Positions 25,553 through 41,693 of a DNA stretch of 64,000 bases are shown here, in pieces; the first letter of the stretch is position 1; every line of letters begins with the position of its first letter. Made by a program: the position numbers and the translations under genes. The notes below the pieces were generated by a model that was given only the letters and a program-made list of their open reading frames with translations, was not told the origin of the DNA and did not search any database. The stretch covers positions 20,026,001 to 20,090,000 of the forward strand of contig OX597825.1 of assembly GCA_951406725.2 (NCBI GenBank). The letters run 5' to 3'. Origin of the DNA: Octopus vulgaris (taxonomy: Eukaryota).

Positions 25553-25986
25553 AATTAGAAGAATTAAAAGGAGATGGTTTTCAAAAATTTTACGCAACGC
25601 TAACAGATGTATTGCGAATATAAGATTATGTTAAAATAGTTCCTAAATTCAGGTACTTGAAATGACACGGTCTTCCGATCTTCCGAAAAAGAATGAATAT
25701 CTGTCATGCACTGCTATTGATATACTGGGCGATTCCTATCCCAAAATACGCAGTGTTCGACTGATATAGGAAACCAGTAATTAAAGAGTCGTGGATATAC
25801 AGTTGTATGAATTTCAATAGCTTCGTACCATTATAATTACTGTAACGTGGTCTATATTACGAATTGAAGCGCATCAGAGATGGCAATTATTTTTAATCCT
25901 TCATCTGGAGAAAAGATGAATTGAGGTCGATTTCACAACCTTTAAATCCCCCCTGTAAAGCTAGGCTCTATACGTATTCTCTAAAT

Positions 25987-26348
25987 TGGAAGCACTCCGT
26001 CGCTTACGACGACGAGGGTTCCGGTTGATCCGAATCAACGGAACAGCCTGCTCGTGAAATTAACGTGTACAGACACGTGTACCCTTAACGTAGTTCTCGG
26101 GGATATTCAGCGTGACACAGAGAGTGACAAGGCCGGCCCTTTGAAATAAAGGTACAACAGAAACAGGAAGTAAGAGTAAGTTGTGGTGAAAGAGTACAGC
26201 AGGGATCACCACCATCCCCTGCCGGAGCCTCGCGGAGCTTTATGTGTTTTTGCTCAATAAACACTCACAACGCCCGGTCTGGGAATCGAAACCGCGTTCC
26301 TATGACCGCGAGTCCGCTGCCCTAACCACTGAGCCATTGCGCCTCCAC
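25987..26348 (-). mobile_element. SINE family C with 11-bp TSD
   Basis: Reverse complement of 16886-17271. TSD attctctaaat at 25976-25986 and 26349-26359. Confidence 0.93.
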
Positions 26349-27860
26349 ATTCTCTAAATAACCACTAATTAAATGTATTTCAGATTTCTGACAGAACACG
26401 TAGTCCACTGAAACAAGAGGCTAAATATTTTATGATAAATAGTAATCTGCAAATGCTTTATACGTTAAGAATGAAGATTATTACTAATTTACAGAACAGG
26501 AGGCTATTTTCTGTAAAAGATGAATATAACCTAATGAAGCTCAATGTGTTTTAGTAATTATTATTCTGAGCACCGGAGCGATAAATTTTAATTTCTCTTT
26601 CGGTAGGATTTCAAGACAATTTAATTTTATTAACGCATAAAGTTCTATTGTCTCAACGAAGAAATAACAGTGGAATTATAAACATCTCACGGTTTCAAGG
26701 TAAACACAATGTGAATATCAGCTTCATGGATTTCTTGGAGTATTTATGGTGTCAAGAATAATTACGATAATCTAGAATGGAATTTGTTTTGCGATTTTGA
26801 TGAGCGGACCCTGCACTTCTAAAGGATTTGGTGAATACATATTCAATAAATGTTCCTTGGTTCATTATATTTTGTATATTTGAAGTGACCTTTGCATTCG
26901 GCTTTCATACAATGCGACCACAAGCATTTATCAGTGTTCGTTATCTATTGTGAATTACCTTTGATGCAACACAAAGCATTCTTTCATACTCAGTAAAACA
27001 TATATATAAATATGTTAATCGTATGGTACGAGTGTAGACGTAACGGATGCTATAAAGAATACGTAGCAAAAGCGTCGGATATAGAGCTAGTTTATGCAGT
27101 TCGAGAACATTAGAAGGAACGATTTCGTTCCTATGTATCACCATGTTGTATTTCAGATTATAAAGGGTTAACTATTTCTAATAGATATCTGTAACTCATT
27201 TCATTACGAAAGCTATATATTTTCTCGGCTGTTTAATATGAGATAATTTAATATCAATATTATAATCAAGTTAAACAATCTATACGTATACACTTCCTAA
27301 AAAAGCGATGCCCTATTCTATTGCCATTTTCACACAAGAGATGCTGATATTCTTACGGAATGTTAAAGCAAATCTCTTCGATTTGAAGTTACAGTATCAG
27401 AGCATATTCACAATTTTTACGGAAATGAAAGTTCTTAAAAACGTGTGAACATAAATATCCTCGCATCAGATATGTGTAAAAATCAAATTTAAAGTTGTTA
27501 TAAAGAGAATTTTTATGGTGTATATAGATGAATATAATAGAGAAAGAGAAGATACTAAGAAAATTATTTTAATGATATATTAGATCTAAATAACATACGT
27601 CTAAAAAACAGAGTGGCGGTTAAAATTTCCCATAACCCAAAAGTTGTTTATTTTACCTTTTTTATGTGCGAAGAATAACAAACCCAATTTTCTCAAGTCA
27701 TTTTTAAAATTGAAAATTTTAGAAAAACGATGAAGATAGCAAAGACTCGTCATTACTTTGCTAAATGGATGTTCGAGTTCTTTATATTTATTTAGGCTTA
27801 ATTGAAAAAACAAAAACTTCCGGCTAATCATATCCAACCAGGGCATATGCAGTATTTGAT

Positions 27861-27919
<59 letters not shown>

Positions 27920-27960
27920 ATGTGTATGTGTCTCTGTGTATATCTATACATGCATGCATA

Positions 27961-28123
27961 GGCGCAGGAGTGGCTGTGTGGTAAGTAGCTTGTTTACCAA
28001 CCACATGGTTCCGGGTTCAGTCCCACTGCGTGGCACCTTGGGCAAGTGCCTTCTACTCTAGCCTCGGGCCGACCAAAGCCTAGTGAGTGGATTTGGTAGA
28101 CGGAAACTGAAAGAAGCCCGTCG

Positions 28124-28159
<36 letters not shown>

Positions 28160-28372
28160 CATATGTCTGTGTGTCTGTTTGTCCCCACAACATCGCTTGA
28201 CAACCGATGCTGGTGTGTATACGCCCCCGTTACTTAGCGGTTCGGCAAAACAGACCGATAGAATAAGTACTAGGCTTATAGAATAAGTCCTGGGGTCGAT
28301 TTGCCCGACTATAACGGCGGTGCTCCAGCATGGTCGCAGTCAAATGACTGAAACAAGTAAAAGAGTAAAGAG

Positions 28373-28375
<3 letters not shown>
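27961..28375 (+). mobile_element. SINE family A, full length
   Basis: Consensus match; embedded in TA/TG microsatellite. Confidence 0.93.
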
Positions 28376-28424
<49 letters not shown>

Positions 28425-28709
28425 GAGATTGCGAGTTCGATTCCTGGCAGTGTGTTGTAGCTTTCAACAAGACAGTTTATTCTACGGTGTTCCATTCAGG
28501 GAAAGTACATTGATGATTAAATTTCAATTAAATATAGCATCTGATCACTTATTTTCTTTATTCAAAATGCGGACATAACTAATGAGCTACTATAAATATC
28601 TTGCTCAGAGAATAAATACAATATTTGGACGGACTAAAATAGGGTTCAGTGTATTAAATAATAATTATTTGGTTTGAAAATATGCATGCCTACCGTCTGA
28701 AAGTAAAAG

Positions 28710-29321
28710 CGAAAAAAATGTAAGGAAAAAAGACTAAAAAGAAAGATTAGAGTAACTGGATCCAGTACAAAAACCTGGACAGCTTGGAAAGAAAAGGGAT
28801 ATAAGTGTTGTGTCCTTTTGGCCCATTGGAAGAAGAATGTTTGTGATAGTGTATAAATTAACGATTGTTTCTAGTTTTTATTGGAAAGGGTAATTTTGTA
28901 GTGTTTTATGTTTAATTCGAAGAAAGTGAAGTTCTCCAGTTTGATAGCAGAAACTTTTCCAGATGTTTCCATCTTGTGAAAAATTGCAATCTTGATTTTT
29001 GGATGTCGGTGGAGATTTTAGATTTCACACCAAGGTAGAAAATATACTAATTAGACTCACAAAGAAACTGAAAAATAGTTGCAACTATCGAACGTTTCGA
29101 GGGTGGGGATTTTTTTCCCTCCAGTGAAAGTGTATATATATATTTCTTAAAGATACTCAGGTATCTAATCCTATTTTATGCAAATACGCTTTAAAATACA
29201 ACACTTGAATTAAAAAAAGAAAAACATATAAGGAAAAAGAATACAAAAAAATTAGAAAAACTGGATAGCTTAGAAGGAAAAGGAGATAAGTGTTGTGTCC
29301 TTTTGAACCATTGGAAGAAGA

Positions 29322-29325
<4 letters not shown>
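28710..29325 (-). repeat. Partial tandem direct repeat, possibly Penelope-like terminal-repeat remnant
   Basis: 28710-28840 recurs at 29210-29323 (ctgga.agctt.gaa.gaaaagg.ataagtgttgtgtccttttg..ccattggaagaagaat). A degenerate hammerhead-like gaggg...ccctc-gaaacgt lies on the minus strand at about 29090-29125. Confidence 0.55.
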
Positions 29326-29361
<36 letters not shown>

Positions 29362-29845
29362 ATTTATGTATATATAAATATATAAATTCTTAAACATGGT
29401 GTTTATACTTAGTGCTGTCCTTGTCAAGTATTCACCTGGGCCAAACACATCTAGAATACCAACTGTCTAGCAATTACTATTTTTTATCTTGTTTCTATAC
29501 ATACGTTCGTTGTTCATGACATGTTAGCCGAGGAAACGTTTTTATAAAAGAAATGCAGATGATATGATAGATATATAATAATGTACGTTAATGCGATCCA
29601 AATGCTCTACTATAAACATCTATATACATATACGTATTCTAATAAAAATGTATTTGATTTAAGATTACATCTATAAGTTTCCACATAATGTGTCTCATCA
29701 ATCATTATGAGATATAATCCAGTGACTGGTTATATATGTTTACTATTAAGCTAAGAATGAAAGTAACGATATATGTCCTTAATACGATGTTATTTTTTTT
29801 TTCCAAAAGGAAAACCAAAACACTGCTTGTCCTCCCATGAGTAAA

Positions 29846-30246
29846 TCTTTATATATAAAAGTGAGGTTGTGTGCTGTCTGTCTCCTACGATTTAGATTTC
29901 TAACTACTCCCACATTTTGCGGTGCAGTTTAACCAAAACCGGGTATCTTATAGCCGTGATTCATATCGAGCCCTTCTGGGTATTAGCGCGCGTCTACGAT
30001 GAGTCTACGATTTAAAAAAAAAATTACCATCATTTTTTTCCATTTTAATGCATTTTTTTAGCTATTATATATGGGAAGTAACTCTCTAAAAATGTCTACA
30101 ATGAGTAACCGATTTAAAAAAAAATTACCATAATTTTTTTTCCATTTTTAATGCATTTTTTTGCTATTTTTTGGCTATAACTCTCTAAAAATGCTTACAT
30201 AGTTATTTCCCTTACAAACCCGAGCAACGCCGGGTGATACTACTAG
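29846..30246 (+). mobile_element. Non-autonomous Helitron
   Basis: 5' TC start, subterminal hairpin cccgagcaacgccggg and 3' CTAG, inserted between A and T with no TSD. It has an internal tandem repeat. A second copy lies at 54663-55058. Confidence 0.9.
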
Positions 30247-30579
30247 TACTTCCTAAATTAACGTAATACCCCTTTATCAGCAATAATATACAATCCCGTT
30301 TAGAAATTCTTTTTCACCCATTTTCTTTTTACTTTTCAAATAATAATTTGCGACAGTCGGTAAAAGAAAAATAGTATAACCTTCTGAATGGACATAGAAC
30401 AACACAATGCTTGAAATAGTTCCTTTGCAGTGACCTGCAAAGCAAGGTGTACTGTGCTTTCTGTCCTTATATTTTTTTCCGATATTTATAAAATTAAATA
30501 TCTGCATATCAACTCCTACTACACATTTTCCAGAGACACAGAGACTCTTGCATAATTCTCAGCTTACACAGATACAGAC

Positions 30580-31100
30580 AGTTACACACATATATATATA
30601 CACAGACAGATACACATAAACACATGGGCATACACATGTGCACACACACATGCACACACATATACACATACACACAATGCGCACACACACGCATGCACAC
30701 ACATGCACTCACATGCGCAGAAACACGTACAAACACACGCACATGAACACACACATGCACACACAATGCGCACACACGTGCAGATACACATGGTTAAACA
30801 CGTGCACTCAGACACACACACCCATATGCAAACACACACACACATATGCAGACACACACACACTCATACATGCACATACACATGTACACACACGTGCACA
30901 CACATATGCAAACACACATACACCCACATGTACATTCACATACACATACCTGTACGTTTAACTAAGCATACAAATGAACACACACGCAGGAATATCAACA
31001 TAGGCTCGAGATATGGTGGAACACACGCACACTCACGTCAACGAATACGCAGAAAGGTATTTGCAAACACACATACACATATAAACAAAAACACACGCGT
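30580..31100. repeat. Degenerate (CA)n-rich tract
   Basis: Directly visible. Confidence 0.9.
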
Positions 31101-31365
31101 GCATGTTTCACTATGCACGCTCTTCCTGTTTATTTCTGTGTTCCTTTCTGACAAAGAGCGTAGGCTCGAAATGTAAAAGACTTTCTCACTTCCCAAGCGT
31201 TAAAGTAATACATCTGTTTGTTGTTCACACACCCGTTTTCGTCTTTTGTTCTCTTTGCTAAATTCTCACCATATACAGTAATCCCTCGACTATCGTGAGT
31301 GTTACGTTGTAAAGAAGTAGAATTAGTGCTGTACTGTATATTAAATTTTCTTTTTATAATTTGTA

Positions 31366-31769
31366 TACTCTTTTACTCTCTATTACTCTTTTACTTGTTT
31401 CAGTCATTTGACTGCGGCCATGCTGGAGCACCGCCTTTAGTCGAGAAAATCGACCCCGGGACTTATTCTTTGTAAGCCCAGTACTTATTATATCGGTCTC
31501 TTTTGTCGAACCGCTAAGTAACGGGGACGTAAACACACCAGCATCGGGGACAAACACACACAAACACACACACATACACACACACACACATATATATAGA
31601 TATATACGACAGGCTTCTTTCAGTTTCCGTCTACCAAATCCACTCACAAGGCACTGGTCGGCCCGAGGCTATAGTAGAAGACACTTACCTAAGATGCCAC
31701 GCAGTGGGACTGAACCCGGAACCATGTGGTTGGTTAGCAAGCTACTTACCACACAGCCACTCCTGCGCC
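31366..31769 (-). mobile_element. SINE family A
   Basis: Consensus match with a small internal deletion. Confidence 0.93.
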
Positions 31770-32410
31770 TATATATTTATTTATTTTATAAATGCAAAAC
31801 AACACCACGTAGAAATCGACGTAAGCTCAAATAATAAACCGCGATTGGTGAACAGCGGTAGGGGAACCGTGATATGGCGAGAGATTACTGTACATATAGG
31901 ATCAAGTAATGGAGACACGCATACTCACATCAACGAATATGCGCAAACATATTTGTACACGCACAAACACAAACACTCACACAGGAAAACACCGAAATAC
32001 ACACGGAGCATAGACACAGAAACACACTTTGATGACGGAAGAGAACGGAGTTTTACGAATCACACAATATATGACGATCGCTGAAACAATCGCTGTACAA
32101 GATTAACATAGTATCACAGTGACAAAGATTGAGTCCATTCTTAACTTAATGATCAATGTATGCATGCGGAAGTTACTATGTAGTATTTCCTGAGGATTCA
32201 TATATGGCGATGAAAGTGTTGTAATACAAAAAGAGACACTTCACTATTGATAATTAATATGTACTGGTCTATATATGAGCACAGTATACTATTTTGCTTA
32301 GTATTGCATTTAAAGTATATGGTCTGTGTGTATATATCAGTGTGTGCGTGCGTATGTGTGTGTATAAAGATAGGGTGAGTTATTTGCAAGAAAGAAGGAA
32401 AGGTAGATAT

Positions 32411-33672
<1,262 letters not shown>

Positions 33673-34731
33673 GGTATATCCATCTAGTTTCCAATTGTTG
33701 CGTCTATAATCAACCTTTTTATCGTCGATTCGATCTGTCCATTTATACCTCTTCCTACCCCTGTATCTTTCCATCTATGCCTCCATTTATTTTCCCACTT
33801 CCCTTCTCTGTCTTACTCCCTTCTTTGGCTCTCTTCGCAACAGTCCTTCCTCTCTGGCTTCCGACCTCTTAGGCATTCCTTCTCTCCCGTCCACAAGAAC
33901 CCCACAGCCCTTCCTCTTCCCATTTCCTGCTTAAAATCCTTTCTTAAAGTGACCAATAAATTGGCCATTCTAATTTTTTATTTATTTATCTTCAATTCTT
34001 AATGTCTTTCATTTATACATTTACTTTCTCAAATGCCGAAAGGCATACAACACTTTTCTTTCAGAGTATTATTACTTCGCACAACTATTCCTAATCTTGT
34101 CTTGAAAAGTGTTGTATGTATTGGTATATACGCTCATTTCCTTTTCGTTTTACCCCGTTTTCCCCACAGCTAGCCTAAATTTTCCGGTCAAAAGACTACA
34201 TATTTTTTCCATTACCGAAAATGTTAAAATTTTTCTCTAATTTCCTACATTTTCGTCTCCCTGTTGACTATACACTAACAGCTTTTTGTGAAGAAATCGA
34301 ACACTGCTGTGAACGTTTTCAAATTGTGGTTATATTTGGTCAATGATTGACGAGGGGTAAATGCTTTTCTGTTTTTGTTTCCTTATGAAATGCTTTTCAT
34401 TTTTCCTGTTAATTAATCTATCCCTTTTACCCTTTCTACCCTTCTGCTTCTCTTTTCTTTTTCTTTTTGTTTCTTTTTTTTTAAATGGAATGGTGCCTGA
34501 TCGAAGGAATAAAAAGAGCGCGCTCTAAGAAGGACCTGGCAGACAGGCGTGGGTTTCGCATGAGGGCAGGGTATCGACAAGGTTTGAGACACTGTTAGAT
34601 AGCGGTCTCACATCACCCAATGTTACATTAGAAACTGAGGTACTGAGACTAATTTATGAATCTACCTATAAATGTATTTACCAACGTACACGCGCATTTC
34701 ATACGAACACACGCATATCATACGAACACGC

Positions 34732-34778
<47 letters not shown>

Positions 34779-34984
34779 ATCCAGTACTGTAGAATCTCAG
34801 AGATCGTTGTCGATTTCCTTGACCCATGTCAACCACTGCTTTTCAATTCCACCACCCAGCTCAACATCGGAGAATTGAGATCTTGGATGAGTTTTAGTAT
34901 GATACTTTCTCTTGTGTCATTATCAATCTCATCTACCACTGGTTATTACTGGCTCTAGTCTTAATCCCAATAGAGTTGGTTACC

Positions 34985-35195
34985 AGGGTACCATGGCATT
35001 TAGGTGACTAAGATCTCAACATCCATGCTAAATGGGATGCCAGCCCGTTTCAAATTTACTCATTTACATTCGAGTGGACCACAGCAACCTGAAATGAATT
35101 GCTCAAACATAGAGCGTACCTCTTGAACCGGGAATTCGAACCGCGATCCGGCGATCATGAGTGTAACACCCCACGATTAAACATACGCCTTCACT
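34985..35195 (-). mobile_element. SINE family D-like, old diverged copy
   Basis: gggatgccagccc...ttactcattt...cagcaacctgaaatgaattgctcaa...ttcgaaccgcgatc resembles family D. Confidence 0.6.
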
Positions 35196-35234
35196 CTCTC
35201 TCACAGCTAAAAAAATCGTTATCCGTAAATAATA

Positions 35235-35399
35235 GGCGCAGGAGTGGCTAAGTGGTAAGTAGCTTGTTTACCAACCACATGGTTCCGGGTTCAGTCCCAC
35301 TGCGTGGCATCTTGGGTAAATGTCTACTACTGTAGCCCCGGGCCGACCAAAGCCCTGTGAGTGGATTTGGTAGACGGAAACTGAAAGAAGCCTATCGTA

Positions 35400-35445
<46 letters not shown>

Positions 35446-35659
35446 TGTTGTGTGTCTGTGTTTGACTCCCTAGCATTGCTTGACAACCGATGCTGGTGTG
35501 TTTACGTCCCCGTCACTTAGCGGTTCGGCAAAAGAGACCGATAGAATAAGTACTGGGCTTACAAAGAATAAGTCCCGGGGTCGATTTGCTCGACTAAAGG
35601 CGGTGCTCCAGCATGGCCGCAGTCAAATGACTGAAACAAGTAAATGAGTAAAAGAGTAA
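35235..35659 (+). mobile_element. SINE family A, full length, near consensus
   Basis: Consensus match from head to tail. Confidence 0.94.
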
Positions 35660-36042
35660 TACAGTAACATGTTCCAATCAAATCAAACGGATTTTTTTTT
35701 CTATTATTAATGAATATTTCCTATTCAATGGCAGTTATTTCTCATATAACAGTATAATCGGTTCGTCAATTTTTCTTATCACTTGGAAATCTTCAAAACG
35801 TGAATCTCAGAGACATCATTTGTGACATTTTAGCTATAATTCATAATGAAATATATGTGTATGCGTGCGTGTTCGCCTGAGCGTGTGGGTATGTGTAAGT
35901 CTGTAGGTGTGACATAATAATATATGTAAATACGACTTCATTTTAGTTTTGCACTCACATTTTCGCTATTCATCAGAAAGCAAATTTTCTGTTGGCTGTT
36001 AGTAATCAGATATCCAACCTAACCACTTGTTATGATTTCAGA

Positions 36043-36311
36043 ATATAATCAAGATTAAGTAGAGTGAAATATTATCAGATATAAGAGATCTTTTCTGCAC
36101 ATACATCTATAAATGTGACAGCTTGCTCCAGATTGCAGCAGCTGCAGAGAGATATGATGTAATGTAATTGCTAAATTATAATCAAGATTAAATAGAATGA
36201 AATTTTATCAGATGCTAAGAGATCTTTTCTTCACATACTTCTACAAATGTGACGTCCTGCTGTTCTAAATTACTGTGGTCGTATAAAAATATGATGTAAT
36301 ATAATTGGTAA
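36043..36311. repeat. Diverged ~133-bp tandem duplication
   Basis: tataatcaagattaa.taga.tgaaat.ttatcagat...agagatcttttct.cacatac occurs twice. Confidence 0.88.
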
Positions 36312-37579
36312 TAGTCAGTAACGGAAATATAGAAATCAGACTGGTCTAAGACAGGCGTGATGTTATCTTCTCAAGCTGAAGACGCAGTGTTAATCTCTTA
36401 TTATGTAACACGATTTTGCTCTGGCCATAAAACAGATATAATAATATTTTAATTTCACATTAACGTTTGAAGAAATGCTGCATGTGATCTGATAACATAA
36501 CCATTTTTAATTCCTTGAAATTACAGCAGGAATATAGTTGTTGGATGCAATCTTTCAAACGAAAGAATCTAGGAATATTTTTAAATGTTTTTATCAGAGA
36601 AACAAAAAGAAATTACTATGTGAGTAGTTCCATCATCCAACCTTCTATCATCTATAGTAATATATATTGTTATTGTACAAAATATGTGGTATATATTTGT
36701 TGTTGGAGCTGGTTATTTGTGACTCAATGCAGTTGAAATGTTGAAGTAGATGCCGTTTATCCACCTGCGAATAAACAAATGCGCTCTATTAACTCGGCTT
36801 ACAGCTGCACTTTTTGGTAAACAAAACGAGTTAGACGAAATTAAAACGATATGAATTTCCCATACTTCTTTTCATTTCAAGAAATTTCTTAAATTAAATG
36901 TGGAAAATAATTGCTCGATGCAATCTATCAGAAAGAAAGACGTTCTTATCTTTTTCTTCTCCTCTTCTTAATCAGAGAAAAGAAAATTAATAAAAGTAAA
37001 AGGTAAACAATTTTTTTTTTCAATTGTATAAACGAATACAATGGAGGAAGAATTAATGAACGAAAGAATAAGCGAGCGAATGAAGGAATGAAGGAATCTC
37101 GCATTGATGGAAACAAATATAAACCAGTGAGAGAAGAGCTTGAGAATCATGTTCAGCGAATTTTTCTATAATTCATTTTACAAGTATGTTTTTGCTTTTG
37201 TTTTCACTATTGTTTATTAAAATTTCTCCCCGTGCTTTTGTGAGCGGCCATGTAACAATTTGGATTACCCTGAGATCAACTTCAAATCGATACAATCTAA
37301 AATTCCGGTGAGATATGAATGTTATGGATTTGTGTCTTCAGCCGTAAATCCTTTTAGATAGGCATGAAATATCATGGGAATCATAATAATTTTTATTATT
37401 TTTTTTTGCTTTCCTTTGCCTTTTTAGCTACATTTTGTTTTTGAAGATTTCGTATTTCTTTTTAGAAACGCTGTCTTGAAAATTAGAAAAATACATTTCA
37501 ATGTATAAGATTGCATTGAACGAAGATAGTTTTTAATAAAACCGATTCTCTATCGTATGTGTTTCCTCATCCAGATACA

Positions 37580-37641
37580 CACTGACACACAGACACACAA
37601 ACACACATACACACACAAACACACACAGCGTATATGAATCT

Positions 37642-37689
<48 letters not shown>

Positions 37690-37695
37690 TTTATT

Positions 37696-37726
<31 letters not shown>

Positions 37727-37802
37727 CTTATATACACACACACACACAGTGTATATATACCTGTCTATCTCTCTCTCTATATACATATTTTATACAAATA
37801 TA

Positions 37803-37833
<31 letters not shown>

Positions 37834-37930
37834 TATATATATATATATGAATATATGTGTGTGTATGTGTTTTTGTGTGTGATTATGTATGTATATATAT
37901 ATATATATATGCATACATATATGTATGCAC

Positions 37931-37965
<35 letters not shown>

Positions 37966-37992
37966 TATATATGCATATACATATATATATAT

Positions 37993-38043
<51 letters not shown>

Positions 38044-38072
38044 TATATATATATATACATATATATATATTT

Positions 38073-38140
<68 letters not shown>

Positions 38141-38190
38141 ATATATATATAATATATAATATATATATATACATACATACATATATACTT
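37580..38190. repeat. Degenerate (TA)/(CA) microsatellite field
   Basis: Directly visible. Confidence 0.95.
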
Positions 38191-39899
38191 GATGTATCTT
38201 TGATATGTCTATATGTGAGTGCGTGAGTGTGTCTTATTTTTAAAACGTTGTATTGTTGTTATTGCAAATTCTTAAGGTGTTGTTTTTGCAGTTTTTTTTA
38301 TACCTTCTTCGTGTGATATCTCTGTTCATTTCCGTTGTAGTTGCTATTACTAATGTTAAAGAGGAACATTCGAGTATTCCTCTTCAGTATTTTAGTTATT
38401 TCTTAATGGAAGGAATGTTTTGGAGTTGTTCCAAATTCACTTCCATTTCAAGTTATGTTTCAAAATTATTTGCAAAATTTTGATAACCACTCCTATTTTC
38501 CCAATTATCACTGAAATGGTTTGGACTATTTTAATGATCAATATTTTTCTTTTTTCACTTATCATTATATAGTGTTTATTTTAATAGAATTTTCATATTT
38601 GTTTTTTACTTTACATCTTTGTTTCGTTATCTCTCTAACTTCTATTTTCCCTTTCATCTGGGAATGTTAGCATGCTTTCTGTTGGATCCGACATTAAAAT
38701 CATTCGATTCGAGGCAAAACAGTTTTTCTCCTCTAGTTAATACTCCAAAAGAGGTCTTCATACCAAATTCCGATATTTTAAAGCTTCCGATCCGAAAAAG
38801 GCGCCTCTATGTCTCCTCTTGAAATGTAATAAATAGCAGTCAATTATCCCTCTTGGGAATGATAGGTGATATTGGATAGTCGTAATCCCAGGTGACCCTA
38901 CAAATGATGGTCCTACAGGGAATGATTTTGACTCGTGCTTTTACCAGGTCAAACAGTAGTTCTAGGTGCCAAAACAGCAAATTAAACTAAAAGATTATAA
39001 CCAATTCGTATTATTACATTTCCTGAATATATGATAAATATACTATTAAAATTTCCCAAAGTTATTCAGAAGACACCTCGCTTAAGTTATTCGCAGAACA
39101 GATTCACATACAGTTGAATTCAGTTACATACATTGTAATTTCCATAATTCGCTTTACTTGGAATTCGTTTTCCTAAACTGATCGCTCCTTCTCTTCATTT
39201 ATCTCCTCCGTGCCTCATATTTCCTGCTGTAATCACATCGTCAATAACACCTTTTAAAGACGTCCACAGCAACAATGTAACCCTTCTAATCATCCCGCTA
39301 CGCGTGTAAGTGAAATTTAGTTGATGCTGCTTAAAGCGAGACCAGGTATCATCAAGCAGAATTGACTCGATAATAGCAAAGATTTTCCAGATCTGAGCAA
39401 TCCATCTGTTTGGAAAGATACTGTAACTATCACAGTATCGGGTGATGTTAAAAAGATCCTGGCTTCAGGTAAAAGAAAATACGGAAGGACCAGTTAATTA
39501 TGATTGTAGTCAAAATATTTCCCAGATTCACACACCTATTGCAGCGGTCCTTCAGATTTTCTAAGCCCAGTAAAATAACTCGGAAGTTTGGGCTTTCAGT
39601 CAAGGATTTGGCGATACCCTTAAAGCAAGGAACTTTCAGCATCCCTAGTATTGTGTTATTTATCCTTCGTTTTTAAATCACAAACGTTTGAGGTGCAGGA
39701 TATCTTGCTATTTTTTCTAGCTGGCCAAAGGAATATCTCTAGTTTACGCGGCACTACTCACGTTTACAACACAGCCATTGACCCAACAAGATATCAAACT
39801 CCTCTTTTACATTATGATTTAGGGAGAGGAACTGCATTTGTGGCATTCGCAGGTCTTTCAGGACAACAGAATTTGATGTTATTAACGTAACGTTTTAAC

Positions 39900-40250
39900 T
39901 GTTGTAAGGGACTAACGGTTTGCCTGGAGTTGGTTCGAACGGTTAATGATTAACCTGAGGTAGAGACACTATGAAGTTTGAAAGAGGAGAGCTGTGCATG
40001 GGATAAGGACTGGCACGAATCAAGCCAACATAGGTATAGCGACAGAAAAATGTAGGGAAAGGAAACGTCATGTAACTGGAAAAGCTTGTTTGAGGAAGTT
40101 TGAAAATTAAATGAGGCTAATCGTTCGAATCTTTTGAAAGAGCTCAGGGTAGTTTGTGTACGTATCAGGAGTATTGTGGCACAGGTGGGAACAATGCAAT
40201 GCGAGTTTTACTTTTGTCTGGGAGAGATTTAATAGCTTTTGAATGATTAT
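39900..40250 (-). mobile_element. Possible very old CR1/Jockey-group LINE C-terminal remnant
   Basis: The minus strand gives HCSHLC (compare YCSHxW) followed by FFCRY (compare LFYRY). Heavily decayed. Confidence 0.3.
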
Positions 40251-41693
40251 GAATTTCCTTGATTTGAAGTGGAATGCCCCTGTTCTTCAAATAGTTTCAC
40301 CTCAGAAGTCTAGACTATTTACACACACTGTTAACATTTTGGATGGTACAAAAGGAAAATGGATAAACTAAAGACTAAGAAAATTTTAACCATAACCTCA
40401 GTACAAATATATGTGTAACGAATCTGGAAATTAGATTCAACCAAATTTCTTTAAAAGAATTTAATATTTTAATCTCAGTTCCTTAGAGCCATTTTATTAC
40501 CAATTCTTTTTGTCTGAAATTGTAAATGCGTAAACCTATTCTCAACAATAAGTTTTATTTGCATTGCTTTTGTATTTTTATTTCACCGAGTTTAACATTC
40601 TCAAAATCATCAATAAAAAATATGATTTGCAGCCAGCGTTGTGATCTTTAGCTGGTATCTGAGAAAGATGTTCAATGTCAATAAACATAACATGGAAAAT
40701 AAATGTGAGATGTTCTGACACACAATTCTAAATTCTTCTAGCACTGACATTTTCATTTCTTTCTTTTCAGCTTATGTAAGCCCATCTTCAACGAAAAAGC
40801 ACGCTTTATCAATAGCACTTTTTCATATTAACATTCAGCTGCAGCAGAATCTGGCACTTAATAATCCACAAAAACGGAAGTTTCTTATGGTTTTATTTTA
40901 TGTCCTTTTTTTAATATTTTTAAATCGTTCATGCCATTTTTGTACCGATTCGTTCAGTCCAGATATTTCATGTTGTCAATAACCCCTTGATATTTCCACC
41001 CACTGAATCTTTTCTGATGTAATACTTCTGTAGCGTACAACACAACCTATTTACCTCAAGATATGTATAAATTATTTCTGCAATAAAAACCCTCAATAGT
41101 TCCTCATCATCTACTGACAGTCTGATTTCTTATTTTTATTTCCTATTTTAAGCCGGATCCATTCAGTCGAGTGTACATTTACATCAGTCTCTTTCTCTCT
41201 TTCTCTTTCTCTCTGTATCTCTCATCCTTTCGCTCTAACAGGCTGATTTCCGTGCTGTTGTCACAATGGATGATATAACAGGCATTTGCTTTGGCAGTTA
41301 TCGTACTAAACCTGCTTCGTTAAAAGTTCTGAAAGCAAAGTGCGTCCTGTTTAACAATCATTATCTCTAGCAGTCAGACTATTATATTATTTTATCACAT
41401 CTTCTAATTCTTCACTCATCCTTTGGATTCCAATATTTCTTCAGTTTACGAAAGAATAGCTTTTTATTATTTTTATTCCTAATAATTCTCTTTCTCAGGT
41501 TTTCACATCTAGATATTTTCCTCTCATCTTTCTTTGTGCTTTTCTTTCAATTTCCTTGGTATAATAACCCATTCAAGCATTTACTGTTTTTAATTGTTAT
41601 AGATTACACATATTATTGATATTATTTGCTAAATTACATTACACTTTCAGTTTAATAGCAGTTTTTTTCTAAAATATTTTTTCACAATTTTGC

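Noticed and set aside
36528-36619. Plus-strand exon candidates (also about 25135-25219 and from 44106)
   Set aside because: Splice-like motifs occur at chance frequency in 64 kb of AT-rich DNA. The peptides are unrecognisable and do not chain into a gene.
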